Shown here: positions 52,561 through 63,601 of the stretch, one piece after another
How the letters are laid out: each line of letters opens with the position of its first letter
Numbering within the stretch: the first letter of the stretch is position 1
From: Candidatus Acetothermia bacterium
GTDB taxonomy: Bacteria > Bipolaricaulota > Bipolaricaulia > RBG-16-55-9 > JANLFV01
Length of the DNA: 64,000 bases
Assembly: GCA_024653345.1 (NCBI GenBank)
Contig: JANLFV010000005.1
Coordinates: forward strand, 790 to 64,789
Direction of reading: 5' to 3'
Position numbers and translations under genes: made by a program
Notes under the pieces: generated by a model
The model's input: only the letters and a program-made list of their open reading frames with translations
Told to the model about the DNA's origin: nothing
The model's database searches: none

Positions 52561-53934
52561 TCAAATCTCTGGGTCTAGCTCCTCGAACCGGGCGAGGAAG
52601 TGGCGGAGGCTCGGCGGCTCGCTGACGAACCGGAGCGGCCTGATCCCCTCCCGGCCGCGGTAGACGGAGATGACCGTCTCGGCCACATAGTCCAGGTGGG
52701 CTCTGGTGTAGACGCGGCGGGGGATTGCCAGGCGGACCAGCTCGAGGCGGGGGAAGCGCCACACTCCTGTCTGGGGATCGCGCTCGCCGAAGGCGAGGGT
52801 CCCCAGCTCGACCGCGCGGACCCCGCCCTCGCGGTATAAGGCCACTGAGACCGCCTGGCCGGGAAGATGCTCTCGCGGCCAAGTGGGGAGGAACCTGAGC
52901 GCGTCGAGGTAGACCGCATGCCCGCCGGGCGGCTCGAAGAGCGGGACGCCCGCCTCCCTCAGGCGGGCGGCAAGATACCGAACCTGGCCGATCCGATACC
53001 GCAGGTAAGGTTCCTCGATCGCTTCCTGCAGGCCCTGTGCCAGGGCCTCCATGTCCCGGCCCGCCAGCCCGCCGTAGGTCGGAAACCCCTCGGTCCGGAC
53101 CATGTTCTGGCAGATCCGGTCGAAGAGCTCCCGATCGCGCACGCACAGCAGCCCGCCGATATTTACCAAGCCATCCTTCTTCGCGCTCATCATCATCCCG
53201 TCGGCCAGGGAGAAGGTCGCCCGGACGATCTCGCGGATGGTCAGCGCGGGCTCCTCCCGCTCGTGGATGAAGTAGGCGTTCTCGGCGTGGCGGGCCGCAT
53301 CGAGGTAGAGCGGGACCTCGTAGCGATCGCACAGAGCCCGTGCCCGGCGCAGGTTCTCCAGCGCCACGGGCTGGCCCCCGCCGGTGTTGTTGGTGATCGT
53401 GATCAGGACTAGCTTCGGCCGCGGGCGGCCCTTCAACGCCCCCTCCAGCCGGCCCAGGTCGATGTTCCCCTTAAAGGGATGCGTGCTCACGGGATCATAG
53501 GCTTCCTCGACCACTAACTCCAGGGCCTGAGCCCCGCGGGCGAGGATGTTGGCATTCGTCGTATCGAACGGCTGATTCGTGGCCACCAGGTCGCCCAGCT
53601 GGAGCAAGACCTCGAAGACGACACGCTCCGCCGCCCGCCCCTGATGGACGGGGGTGAAGTAGGGGAAGCCGAAGAGGTCTGACTGGACCTCGCCCAGCCG
53701 CTCGTAGCTCCTGGTGCGGGCGTAGGCCTCGTCGCCACGGTGGAGCGCGGCCCACTGCTCGTCGCTCATCGCCCCGGTCCCGCTATCGGTCAACAGGTCG
53801 ATCGTCACGACCCGGGAGGGAAGATTGAACAAGTTATAGCCGGCCTCGGCCAGGTGCCGCTCCCGCTCGGTGCGGGCGGTGAGGGGGAGCGCTTCCACAG
53901 CCTTGATCTTGAATGGCTCGATAGGATACTCCAC
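52561..53934 (-). CDS. tnaA: tryptophanase / tyrosine phenol-lyase (beta-eliminating lyase)
   Basis: N-terminal EPFKIKAVE. PLP lysine motif SAKKDGLVNIGG. 457 aa. Confidence 0.9.
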   Translation of the reverse strand: MEYPIEPFKIKAVEALPLTARTERERHLAEAGYNLFNLPSRVVTIDLLTDSGTGAMSDEQWAALHRGDEAYARTRSYERLGEVQSDLFGFPYFTPVHQGRAAERVVFEVLLQLGDLVATNQPFDTTNANILARGAQALELVVEEAYDPVSTHPFKGNIDLGRLEGALKGRPRPKLVLITITNNTGGGQPVALENLRRARALCDRYEVPLYLDAARHAENAYFIHEREEPALTIREIVRATFSLADGMMMSAKKDGLVNIGGLLCVRDRELFDRICQNMVRTEGFPTYGGLAGRDMEALAQGLQEAIEEPYLRYRIGQVRYLAARLREAGVPLFEPPGGHAVYLDALRFLPTWPREHLPGQAVSVALYREGGVRAVELGTLAFGERDPQTGVWRFPRLELVRLAIPRRVYTRAHLDYVAETVISVYRGREGIRPLRFVSEPPSLRHFLARFEELDPEI

Positions 53935-53946
53935 GGACTTACCTCC

Positions 53947-54966
53947 TCAGCTAGGGACTTCCCGCTGCTTGAAGGCGAATCTCCCCCAGGCCAGGACCGC
54001 CTCCAGGGGCTTCCGCTCACGCGGGCCGAGCTCGATCTCGAGGTGCTTCTCGCTCAAGGTGCCGGGGTCGCCGGGCTTCCCGACGACCACCAGGGTCATC
54101 AGGACATAGTCCGGCGGGATCCCCAGGGCCTCCTTGACCTTCAGGGGGTCGTAGCCCGCGATCGGGTGGGCCACCAGCCCCATCTGTGTGGCCTGGACCA
54201 TCAAATTTCCGACGGCCAGCCCGCAGCCGAAGAGGAAGTAGTCGCGCCCATCGCTCAGCTTGCAGTCCAGGTCGCGATGGGAGGCCACGGCTATAATTAC
54301 TGGAGCCGGCTTGGTCCAGTAGTTCCCGCCCGGGAGGGCCGCCTTCACCTTCTCTAACCCTTCACCGGTGGCGACGACGAACCGCCAGGGCTGGTTGTTG
54401 AAGCAGGAGGGTGCGAGGTGGGCCGCCTCGATGAGCCTGGTGATCAGCTCTTCTGGAATCGGCTCGCTCGAGATCGCGCGCCAGGCCCGCCTCGTGGCGA
54501 TGAGGGGGTTGATCTCCCGGTCGGCGGAATGGAGCGCCTTCAAGACCTGCAAGACCTCCTCAGCATGGCCCGCGACCTTGACCCCTAGCCACTGCCACCT
54601 CAAGGCCCCGGCCCGATCGAAGAGAAAAGTCGAGCGCAAGAGCTTGCCCTGGCCGTCCACGGCCCCAAGCTCCCGGGCCAACCGGAGCTCGGGGTCGGAG
54701 AGCATCCTCACCTTGAGCCCCTTGGCCTCGACGAACTTGGCCTGGGCTTCGGGCCGATCGGGCGAGACGCCGAGGACGGCCGCCTCCAGCGCCTCGAACT
54801 CCCCGAGCCGGGCTGAGAACTCCTGGGCCTCGCGGGCGCACCCTGGCGAGCCGGCCTTGGGGTAGAAATACAGGACGAGATACCGCCTGAGGTAGTCCTT
54901 GAGCCGGGCCCTCCCGCCATCGTGGGCCGGGAGCTCGAACTCCTCGAGCTTGCGAAATAATCTCAT
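53947..54966 (-). CDS. fusion protein: thiol peroxidase Bcp (AhpC/TSA) N-terminal + nitroreductase-family C-terminal
   Basis: YFYPKAGSPGCAREA supplies the peroxidatic SPGC. C-terminal half AHLAPSCFNNQPWRFVV is the nitroreductase fold. Confidence 0.8.
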   Translation of the reverse strand: MRLFRKLEEFELPAHDGGRARLKDYLRRYLVLYFYPKAGSPGCAREAQEFSARLGEFEALEAAVLGVSPDRPEAQAKFVEAKGLKVRMLSDPELRLARELGAVDGQGKLLRSTFLFDRAGALRWQWLGVKVAGHAEEVLQVLKALHSADREINPLIATRRAWRAISSEPIPEELITRLIEAAHLAPSCFNNQPWRFVVATGEGLEKVKAALPGGNYWTKPAPVIIAVASHRDLDCKLSDGRDYFLFGCGLAVGNLMVQATQMGLVAHPIAGYDPLKVKEALGIPPDYVLMTLVVVGKPGDPGTLSEKHLEIELGPRERKPLEAVLAWGRFAFKQREVPS

Positions 54967-55040
54967 CGGGACCTCCTTTAAGTTCTAAGTTCTTAATGGA
55001 ATGGGGCTGAGGGAGCCCTCTCGCCCCTTATGCTGGGGCT

Positions 55041-55631
55041 TCATCCCTCGAACATCGGGCCGGTGACATCCCCTTGGTTGTTGTAGCCCCGCTCCTCCCA
55101 GAAGCCGCGGTAGGCGGGGTTGTCGGAGAGCTCGATCTCGGTGATCCAGCGGGCCCACTTGTAGCCCCACTTCCCCTCGGCCACGAGGATGAAGGGGAAC
55201 CCCAGGGCCGCTGGGAGCGGGAGCCCGTTGATCCTGTCGGCGATGATGATGTCCTTCTCCAGGAGGTAGGCGAGGGGAAGAGATGTGGTATACCCGTCCT
55301 GGGCGTGGAAGATCACGGTGTTCGCCCCCGGCTTCGGCTGGACCAGTGCGAAGATCGCCTTAAGCGGAATGCCTTCCCAGAGGGCCTTAACGGACCAGCC
55401 CTCGACGCAGTCGACGGCCGCGAGCCGCTCCTTCCGCGGCAATTCCTTAAGCTCGTGGTATTTGAAGGAGCGGGGGCGCTGGACCAGCCCGGTGATGGCC
55501 AGCTTGTATCGAGCCAGGTCGATCTCCTGGACCCCCTTGGTCGAGTTCTCCCGGAAGTCACCGATCGAGCCGAGCCGCTCGCCCCGGTATTCGCGGAGCT
55601 CGGCCTGAGCCGGGTGATTCTCGCTCATCAT
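55041..55631 (-). CDS. molybdopterin-binding oxidoreductase (sulfite-oxidase fold, short YedY/MsrP-like)
   Basis: AAVDCVEGWS (Mo-ligand Cys region) and GFPFILVAEGKWGYKW. 196 aa, no signal peptide. Confidence 0.7.
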   Translation of the reverse strand: MMSENHPAQAELREYRGERLGSIGDFRENSTKGVQEIDLARYKLAITGLVQRPRSFKYHELKELPRKERLAAVDCVEGWSVKALWEGIPLKAIFALVQPKPGANTVIFHAQDGYTTSLPLAYLLEKDIIIADRINGLPLPAALGFPFILVAEGKWGYKWARWITEIELSDNPAYRGFWEERGYNNQGDVTGPMFEG

Positions 55632-55666
55632 CCTCTCCTCCTACTCGACTCGTATAGACAGCCAAA

Positions 55667-56842
55667 TCACCCCAAGCCCAGCGAGCGATGCCTCTCGGCG
55701 ATCGTCTCCGCTAGTTTATCCAAGGCCTGGAGGTCGGCCTTCCTCGGCGCGCCCTTGCAGATCACGGGCTCGAGGAGCTCCACTTTCAGGTTCGAGAGCA
55801 GCCCCGCGAGCTGCTCGACCGCCTTCCCGCCCCAGCCGTAGGAGCCGATGACCGAGACGAACCGCAGTTTGGGCCGGAGGGCATTGGCGAGATAGGCGGC
55901 GTAGGCCGCGAGGGGATGGGGCCCGCCCAGGACCGTCGGGGTCCCGATCACGACCGTGGCCGCATCGACCAGGGCCATCGCGAGCTTACCCACATCGGTC
56001 TCTGCCAAATCGAACCGCTTGACCTTCACCCCTCGCTCCGCCAAAGCCCCCACCAAGCGCTCGACCATCCTCTTGGTGCTACCCCACATCGAGACATAGG
56101 CGATCACAGCCAGGTTCTTCGGCAGGCCGGCGACCCAGTCACGGTAGGCCTCGAGGATGAACTCCGGCCGGCGGTAGATCGGGCCGTGGCTCGGGGCGAT
56201 CAGCTCGATCCTGTAGTCCTTCAGCTTCTCCAGGTGCTTTGCGATCACCCCCCGGAAGGGCATCATGATCTCGGCGTAGTAGCGCTTGGCCGGCTCGTAG
56301 ACCCGCCCCTCATCGGCGTATAAGTCAGTCGTCGCAAGATGGGAGCCGAAGAGGTCGCAGGTGAACAAGACCCGCGCCTCCTCGAGGTAGCTCACCATCG
56401 TCTCCGGCCAGTGGACCCAGGGGAGGTGGATGAACCTCAAGGTCTTATCGCCCAGCGAGAGGATCTGGCCGTCCTCGACCGGCTCAATCCTCTCCTCGGG
56501 GATGGCGAAGAGGTCGATGAGCAGCCCTTTACCCTTGGGGGTGGTCAGGACCTTGGCCTTGGGGTAGCGCTCGATCACCTTGGGGATCGCACCGGAGTGG
56601 TCCGGCTCGGCATGGTGGGAGACGACATAGTCCAGGGCCTCTACATCTTCCAATTGGGCCAGGAGGTGCTCGCTCATCCTCGGGTCGACGCTGTCCAGGA
56701 GGGCTGCCTTCTCCCTGCCTCGGATGAGGTAGGCGTTGTAGCTCGTCCCGTCCGGCAGAGGGATGAGGGAATCGAAGAGCCGCCGGTCCCAGTCGATCGC
56801 CCCCAGCCAATAGACCCCATCTTGGATCTCTCGCGGTCTCAT
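55667..56842 (-). CDS. flavodiiron protein (second copy)
   Basis: HAEPDHSG motif and a flavodoxin C-terminus. ATG 56842 forms an ATGA overlap with the upstream stop. The 73 codons of the track ORF upstream of it are not translated. Confidence 0.85.
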   Translation of the reverse strand: MRPREIQDGVYWLGAIDWDRRLFDSLIPLPDGTSYNAYLIRGREKAALLDSVDPRMSEHLLAQLEDVEALDYVVSHHAEPDHSGAIPKVIERYPKAKVLTTPKGKGLLIDLFAIPEERIEPVEDGQILSLGDKTLRFIHLPWVHWPETMVSYLEEARVLFTCDLFGSHLATTDLYADEGRVYEPAKRYYAEIMMPFRGVIAKHLEKLKDYRIELIAPSHGPIYRRPEFILEAYRDWVAGLPKNLAVIAYVSMWGSTKRMVERLVGALAERGVKVKRFDLAETDVGKLAMALVDAATVVIGTPTVLGGPHPLAAYAAYLANALRPKLRFVSVIGSYGWGGKAVEQLAGLLSNLKVELLEPVICKGAPRKADLQALDKLAETIAERHRSLGLG

Positions 56843-58050
56843 AGCAGCCTCTTCTCCCCTTCGATCTTCTTGATCTCGGTGATGTCCTGGGTCACCTCCA
56901 TGCAGCCGAAGTATTCGCCCGCCTTCCCCCAGACCGGGAAGTAACGGATATAGATTAGCCGGCCCTTGAGGTCGAGCCAAAATTCGGCCACCTCCCGCCT
57001 CCCGGTCCGGAAGTCCTCCAGGATCTGATTGACCAGGTGGAGGCTCTTCTGGGGGTGGCACTGCTGGACCTTCCTCCCGAGGACGGCCTTCGTCCGGGTG
57101 AAGATCCGCTCTTCGGGCCGGTTGAAGTAGCGGACGGTATCATCTTTATCGACGAAGGTGATCTCCACCGGGAGGGCATTAAGGAAGGCCTCGAGCTCCT
57201 CTTGGGAGAAGCTCCCGGTCTCGAGCTCGATCAGGCCGGCCCTCTCAGCCTCGGCCTCGACTTGAACCCTGGCGGCCGGCTCCGGCGGCCTGGGGGTGAA
57301 GCAGCAGTAGCCGAGCTCATCGAACTCCGCTCGGATGGCGGGCCACTCCTCTCCCGTGATGACTTTTGAGGCCGCGGGGAAGAGGATGTTGTTCTCCTTG
57401 TAGATGTGGCTTTGGAGCATCTCTTCCAAGGCCGCGGCCTTCTCCGCCAGTTGGCCTGCGAATCCCTCCGGAGCCGCCCCGGCCTCGGCCGCGACCGCGA
57501 CTTCGACGAGCCGGGCAAGCTCGCGCTTCAAGCCCCGGAGCTTGTCGTGCTCCTGCCACATGATCGCCGGGGGCTCGGTGATCCCGTGCCTCTCGAGGTA
57601 GGGGAAGAGGACATTCTCCTCCCGAAGGTAGTGGCTCTCCGCCTCCAAGAGGTGGTGGACGAGCTCCCGCAGCCTCGCCCTATCCGGGCCTTCGCTCTCA
57701 CTCAGCCCCCGGGCGAGGCCCGCCAACTCCGCGGCGAACCCGCGAAGCAGTTCGTGCTCCGCCATCAGGATCTGGAGCGGGTGACCCGCTGGGAGCGGGG
57801 GCTTCGGCCCCTCCAATCGCTCCTTGAAGAGGGCGAGGTGGACATCACAGAGCCTTTGGACCTCCTCCCGCGGCAGGCCCTCTCTAATTAGCTCCTCCTC
57901 GGCCTTCGCCAATTCCTCCGGGGAGAGGCCGGCGATCAGGCCCGCGAATTCCGCCTTCAACCACTCCGGCGGCTCGCCCGCGTGGAGCCGCTTGATCAGC
58001 CCCTTGAGGGTCTCTTTTCTAGCACCAACTTCGCTCGAGTGCTCACTCAT
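56839..58050 (-). CDS. DUF438 + hemerythrin-like HHE + C-terminal PAS domain protein
   Basis: C-terminus ITFVDKDDTVRYFNRPEERIFTRTKAVLGRKVQQCHPQKSLHLVNQILEDF is a PAS fold. Central HHE-type His/Glu helices. ATG 58050. The rest of track ORF 56839..59439 is antisense to glyQS. Confidence 0.7.
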   Translation of the reverse strand: MSEHSSEVGARKETLKGLIKRLHAGEPPEWLKAEFAGLIAGLSPEELAKAEEELIREGLPREEVQRLCDVHLALFKERLEGPKPPLPAGHPLQILMAEHELLRGFAAELAGLARGLSESEGPDRARLRELVHHLLEAESHYLREENVLFPYLERHGITEPPAIMWQEHDKLRGLKRELARLVEVAVAAEAGAAPEGFAGQLAEKAAALEEMLQSHIYKENNILFPAASKVITGEEWPAIRAEFDELGYCCFTPRPPEPAARVQVEAEAERAGLIELETGSFSQEELEAFLNALPVEITFVDKDDTVRYFNRPEERIFTRTKAVLGRKVQQCHPQKSLHLVNQILEDFRTGRREVAEFWLDLKGRLIYIRYFPVWGKAGEYFGCMEVTQDITEIKKIEGEKRLL

Positions 58051-58194
58051 TAAGTCCTCCATATTCTTAGCTTGGCTAATTATACCGCCGGACCAAGGGG
58101 CGAGCAACTCCCTCTTGTCTTGCATTCCTCCCCGGACTTTGCTAAACAGTGATGGACCGGCGGGACCTCTCCGCCGAATCAGAGGAGTTATCCA

Positions 58195-59499
58195 ATGGAG
58201 CAGATCGTTGACCTGTGCAAGCAACGGGGCTTTATCTTCCAGGGGAGCGAGATCTACGGCGGGCTCGGGGGCTTCTGGGACTACGGCCCGCTTGGGGTCG
58301 AGCTGAAGAACAACATCAAGCGGTTGTGGTGGAAGGCGATCGTCCACGACCGCGAGGATGTGGTCGGGCTCGATACGGCGATCATCATGAACCCCCGGGT
58401 CTGGGAGGCGAGCGGCCACCTCACGGAGTTCACCGACCCGATGGTCGACTGCAAGCAGTGCAAGCGCCGCTTCCGGGCCGACGACATCAAGGACCAGACC
58501 TGCCCGAGCTGCGGGGCCATCGGCCAGTTCACCCCCGTCCGGCGGTTCAACCTGATGTTCAAGACCTTCGTCGGGCCGGTGGAGGACGCGAGCGCGCTCG
58601 CCTACCTCCGGCCGGAGACGGCCCAGGGGATCTTCACCAACTTCAAGAATGTCTTGAATACCATGCGCAAGAAGCTCCCCTTCGGGATCGCCCAGATCGG
58701 CCGCTCCTTCCGGAATGAGATCACCCCGGGGGACTTCATCTTCCGGGACCGGGAGTTCGAGCAGATGGAGCTCGAATACTTCGTCAAGCCCGGGGAGGAC
58801 GAGCGCTGGCACAAATACTGGGTCGAGGAGCGCTTTAACTGGTATATCCAAGCCCTGGGCCTGAGGGCGGAGCGGCTCCGCATTCGGGAGCTCCCGAAGG
58901 AGGAGCTGGCCCACTACGCCAAGGCGGCCTATGAGATCGAGTATGACTTCCCGGGGAAGGGCTGGGCCGAGCTGGAGGGGATCGCCAACCGGACCGACTA
59001 CGATCTTAGGAGGCACATCGAGTTCAGCGGGAAGGAGCTCTTCTACTTCGACGAGGAGACCGGTGAGCATATCATCCCCTATGTCATCGAGCCCTCGGCG
59101 GGGGTGGACCGGCTCTTCCTCGCCTGCCTGCTCGACGCCTACCATGAGGAGGAGGTCCGCGACCGCAGGAGGGTGGTCCTCCGGCTCAAGCCGGCCCTGG
59201 CCCCGATCAAGGTGGCGGTCCTCCCGCTGTTGGCCAACCGGCCGGAGATCGTGAGCCTCGCGCGGGAGATCACCGCCAGGCTCAAGCCGAAGTTCACTAC
59301 GATGTATGACGACACCGCCTCGATCGGGCGGCTTTATCGCCGGCAGGACGAGATCGGGACCCCTTACTGCGTGACCGTCGATGTCCAGTCCCTCACCGAC
59401 CATCAGGTCACGGTCCGCGAGCGGGATACCATGGAGCAAATCAGGGTCCCGATTGACCAGCTTCCCAGGCTCCTGGAGGAGAAGCTCGCTTTAGCCTAG
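58195..59499 (+). CDS. glyQS: glycine--tRNA ligase (alpha2 homodimeric type)
   Basis: LCKQRGFIFQGSEIYGGLGGFWDYGPLGVELKNNIK (class II motif 1 region). 434 aa. Confidence 0.95.
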   Translation: MEQIVDLCKQRGFIFQGSEIYGGLGGFWDYGPLGVELKNNIKRLWWKAIVHDREDVVGLDTAIIMNPRVWEASGHLTEFTDPMVDCKQCKRRFRADDIKDQTCPSCGAIGQFTPVRRFNLMFKTFVGPVEDASALAYLRPETAQGIFTNFKNVLNTMRKKLPFGIAQIGRSFRNEITPGDFIFRDREFEQMELEYFVKPGEDERWHKYWVEERFNWYIQALGLRAERLRIRELPKEELAHYAKAAYEIEYDFPGKGWAELEGIANRTDYDLRRHIEFSGKELFYFDEETGEHIIPYVIEPSAGVDRLFLACLLDAYHEEEVRDRRRVVLRLKPALAPIKVAVLPLLANRPEIVSLAREITARLKPKFTTMYDDTASIGRLYRRQDEIGTPYCVTVDVQSLTDHQVTVRERDTMEQIRVPIDQLPRLLEEKLALA

Positions 59500-59523
59500 G
59501 GCCTGAGGGCCCAGAGGAAACAG

Positions 59524-59724
59524 ATGAGACCTTGGCAGAATCTGGCCGGCAAGTTGGCCGATAAGCTGATGGACCTGGCCAACTTCACCGCCGGTGCCCT
59601 CATCATCGGCCAGCTCATCAGCGGGCGGCCCTTCGACTGGACCATAGCGGCCTTGGGGCTCGGGGTCTGGATAGCACTTTACATCATCGCGTCCATTGCG
59701 GTATTATTAGGCCGAGGTGAGTGA
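59524..59724 (+). CDS. small 2-TM membrane protein, hypothetical
   Basis: 66 aa, hydrophobic. No other support. Confidence 0.3.
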   Translation: MRPWQNLAGKLADKLMDLANFTAGALIIGQLISGRPFDWTIAALGLGVWIALYIIASIAVLLGRGE

Positions 59725-59727
59725 GCT

Positions 59728-61369
<1,642 letters not shown>

Positions 61370-61402
61370 ATTGAGGGGCTCGGGGGGCGAGCCCGAGCTG
61401 AA

Positions 61403-61750
61403 TCAAGAGGCGATCCCTTCGATGACGACGAATGTGCCTGTCCCGATGGCATAGAGCCTCCCATCAGGGCCGGTGATGCGCATCTCCGCCACATCGACCC
61501 GCCTCCCGCGATGGATGAACTCCCCGACGGCTTCCAAGTCCACCCGGGAGGCGGGCTCGAGGAGGTGGATGTTGAGGCTGACGGTTGCGAGCCAGACATT
61601 CTCATGGAGGGCGGCAGCGGCGAACCAGCCCGCGGTGTCGAGCAGCGTGGTCATGATCCCGCCGTGGACCCCGCCGAGGGCGTGGTCGAAGTCCGGATTG
61701 TAAGGGAGGTGGACATGGGCCCGGCCATCCCCATCGTAGGAGAGGCTCAT
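61403..61750 (-). CDS. PaaI/YbgC-type hotdog-fold thioesterase
   Basis: LGGVHGGIMTTLLDTAG motif. 115 aa. Confidence 0.7.
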   Translation of the reverse strand: MSLSYDGDGRAHVHLPYNPDFDHALGGVHGGIMTTLLDTAGWFAAAALHENVWLATVSLNIHLLEPASRVDLEAVGEFIHRGRRVDVAEMRITGPDGRLYAIGTGTFVVIEGIAS

Positions 61751-61812
61751 CCCGAAGCTCCGGGCGATTGGGGAATTGGAGAATCTTCGGATCAGCTAAG
61801 CCTGCCGTGCGG

Positions 61813-61907
61813 TCATCTCAGCTCCAGCCGCATCGGCGGCAACTCTTCATCATCCCGAGCGATGTGGAAGCCGTGCTTCAGGTAGAATTCGACCGGCCTG
61901 AAAGGAA
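61813..61907 (-). pseudogene. 3' remnant of a GNAT acetyltransferase paralogue (about 30 codons)
   Basis: Minus-strand translation VIPFRPVEFYLKHGFHIARDDEELPPMRLELR matches the C-terminus PVKFYLKHGFHIRRDDEEFPLMRLELEESG of the GNAT gene at 62349..62909. It begins at the stop codon of the DUF433 gene. Confidence 0.5.
61822..61898. repeat. 77-nt direct repeat, copy A (about 86% identical to 62367-62443)
   Basis: Aligned by eye: 66 of 77 identities. Most mismatches fall at codon third positions. Confidence 0.6.
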
Positions 61908-62261
61908 TCACTCAGGGCAGCGGATCCGCACCCGCCCCGGCTCCACAATGATCAGATTGCCCATGATGTCGCTCTCCCCAAGCCCTGCCAGCCCTCGCCG
62001 GATCTCCTCATTGATCCTCTTGGTCGAAAGCTCATTAGGAAACCGGGCGATCTCCTGAGCCACCAGTCGGGCAGCGTAGGCCAGGGCAGCTAGCACATCC
62101 TCGCGCTCCAGCTCATACTCACGCATGACTTCTTCCATGGACATGCCGCCCGCGAGCTTGCCCAGGACCAGTTCCACAGGCACTCGTGTCCCCCGAATGA
62201 CCGGCTTGCCGAAGCGGACTCGTTCATCGACCACGATCCGCGGAGCGATCTCCACCGCCAT
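61908..62261 (-). CDS. DUF433 domain protein with about 45-aa C-terminal extension
   Basis: RVRFGKPVIRGTRVPVELVLGKLAGGMSMEEVMREYELEREDVLAALAYA fits DUF433. ATG 62261 after GAGGTGA. Confidence 0.6.
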   Translation of the reverse strand: MAVEIAPRIVVDERVRFGKPVIRGTRVPVELVLGKLAGGMSMEEVMREYELEREDVLAALAYAARLVAQEIARFPNELSTKRINEEIRRGLAGLGESDIMGNLIIVEPGRVRIRCPE

Positions 62262-62348
62262 TCTTATCACCTCAACCTGCTTGCATTATCCTCCAAATCG
62301 CGGAGAGGGTCAAAAGGACTTCCCGCTGAGGCCGGTCCCAGCGCCCGA

Positions 62349-62909
62349 TCAGCCGCTCTCCTCTAACTCCAGCCGCATCAGCGGGAATTCCTCATCGTCG
62401 CGGCGGATGTGGAAGCCGTGCTTCAGGTAGAACTTGACCGGCCCGACGGGGTTCTCCGGGCTCCCGCGCCGGGCGAAGGCCTCGACAGCCTTGAGCCCCC
62501 TCGAGCGGAGCTCGTCCAAGATGCCCTTGAGGAGCAGGCTCCCCAGCCCTCGGCCCCTATGTTCTCTTGCGGGGATGAAGAGGCAGGCGATCAGGGCCGC
62601 ATCCTCGCTCACCGGCCCGGCGGGGTAATTCCTCGAGTTCGGGAGAAATCGGGCCGGGGCATACTCGGCGTAGCCTATGGCCTTTCCGTCGAGATAAAGG
62701 AGCTTACCGCAGGGCCCGAACTCGGCCCGGACTAGCCGGAGCCAGGCTAGCTTCCGCTGGAACATTTCCCCCTTCTTCCCCTCGGCCGGGTCGAGCAATA
62801 GCTCGGGCTCCTCCCAGTAGAGGCACCACTTGCAACTGTAGGGGCGACTCGCCCACTCCGGGGCCTCGATGAGGTTCTCCTCGGTCAGGTCGAGGAGCTC
62901 GGCCTTCAT
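62349..62909 (-). CDS. GNAT family N-acetyltransferase
   Basis: REHRGRGLGSLLLKGILDELRSRGL motif A, and the YLKHGF C-terminus. Confidence 0.75.
   Translation of the reverse strand: MKAELLDLTEENLIEAPEWASRPYSCKWCLYWEEPELLLDPAEGKKGEMFQRKLAWLRLVRAEFGPCGKLLYLDGKAIGYAEYAPARFLPNSRNYPAGPVSEDAALIACLFIPAREHRGRGLGSLLLKGILDELRSRGLKAVEAFARRGSPENPVGPVKFYLKHGFHIRRDDEEFPLMRLELEESG
62367..62443. repeat. 77-nt direct repeat, copy B (the 3' end of the intact GNAT gene)
   Basis: See copy A. Confidence 0.6.
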
Positions 62910-63601
62910 AATTTAGCCTCCTTCCAGCTTAGCTCGGCCAGCGCCTGTGGGAGCTCCCCGAGCGAGCCGACCTCGAGGTCCGGCTCGTGGGCCGGTGTGA
63001 GCGGCTCCTGCTTCGCATAGGGCCCGACGAGGACCCGGACGGTCAAGAGCCCCAAGAGCTTGGCGGGGAAGGTGTCAAGATCGAGCCGATCCCCGACCAT
63101 CGCCGCCTCCTCCGGCCCGACCTCCAAGGAGTCGAGGATCACCTGGAAGAAGAGGGGATCGGGCTTGGCCACCCCCATCTCCTCGGAGACGAGCCGGAAG
63201 CGGAAGTAGCGGAGGACCTCGGAAGATTCGAGCAATTCCTTGATCGCCGCCGGCTGGTTCCCCGCCAAGGCCAACTGATAGCGCCCGGAGAGGGCCGCGA
63301 CGGCCTCGAGAGCCCCAGGCTGGAGCCGCTCGGCCTTCCACTCCTGGCGTCGGCGCCTGAGCTCCTCCACCGCCCGGTGGTAGCCCTCCAGATCGGGCTT
63401 GAGGAAGTGCCATATCGCCGCCCGGCGGGGGTTGGGGTAGAGCCGGGCGATGAGGCCCTGCACTAGCGCTTGATACTCCTCCTTCGGGACATCTCGGCCG
63501 CTCGAGGCCAGTAGCTCGAGCACTACTCGGTCGGCAAGCTCGTAGAAGCTATGGTCATCGACCAATGGGCCGCCAATATCGATCAAGATCGCCTTGAGCA
63601 C
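62906..63601 (-). CDS. HAD-superfamily hydrolase-like protein
   Basis: N-terminal KAILIDIGGPLVDD (motif I-like, with the second Asp replaced). GDRLDLD motif IV region. 4-nt overlap with the GNAT start. Confidence 0.55.
   Translation of the reverse strand: MLKAILIDIGGPLVDDHSFYELADRVVLELLASSGRDVPKEEYQALVQGLIARLYPNPRRAAIWHFLKPDLEGYHRAVEELRRRRQEWKAERLQPGALEAVAALSGRYQLALAGNQPAAIKELLESSEVLRYFRFRLVSEEMGVAKPDPLFFQVILDSLEVGPEEAAMVGDRLDLDTFPAKLLGLLTVRVLVGPYAKQEPLTPAHEPDLEVGSLGELPQALAELSWKEAKL

Noticed and set aside
52550-52585. tRNA-like GGTTCAAATC T-loop motif
   Set aside because: It lies inside the tnaA coding region. No complementary acceptor stem or D/anticodon arms could be built on either strand.
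58051-59439. Upper 1.4 kb of the 866-aa minus ORF 56839..59439
   Set aside because: Only the part downstream of ATG 58050 has DUF438/hemerythrin/PAS character. The region above it is antisense to glyQS, whose product matches GlyRS essentially end to end.
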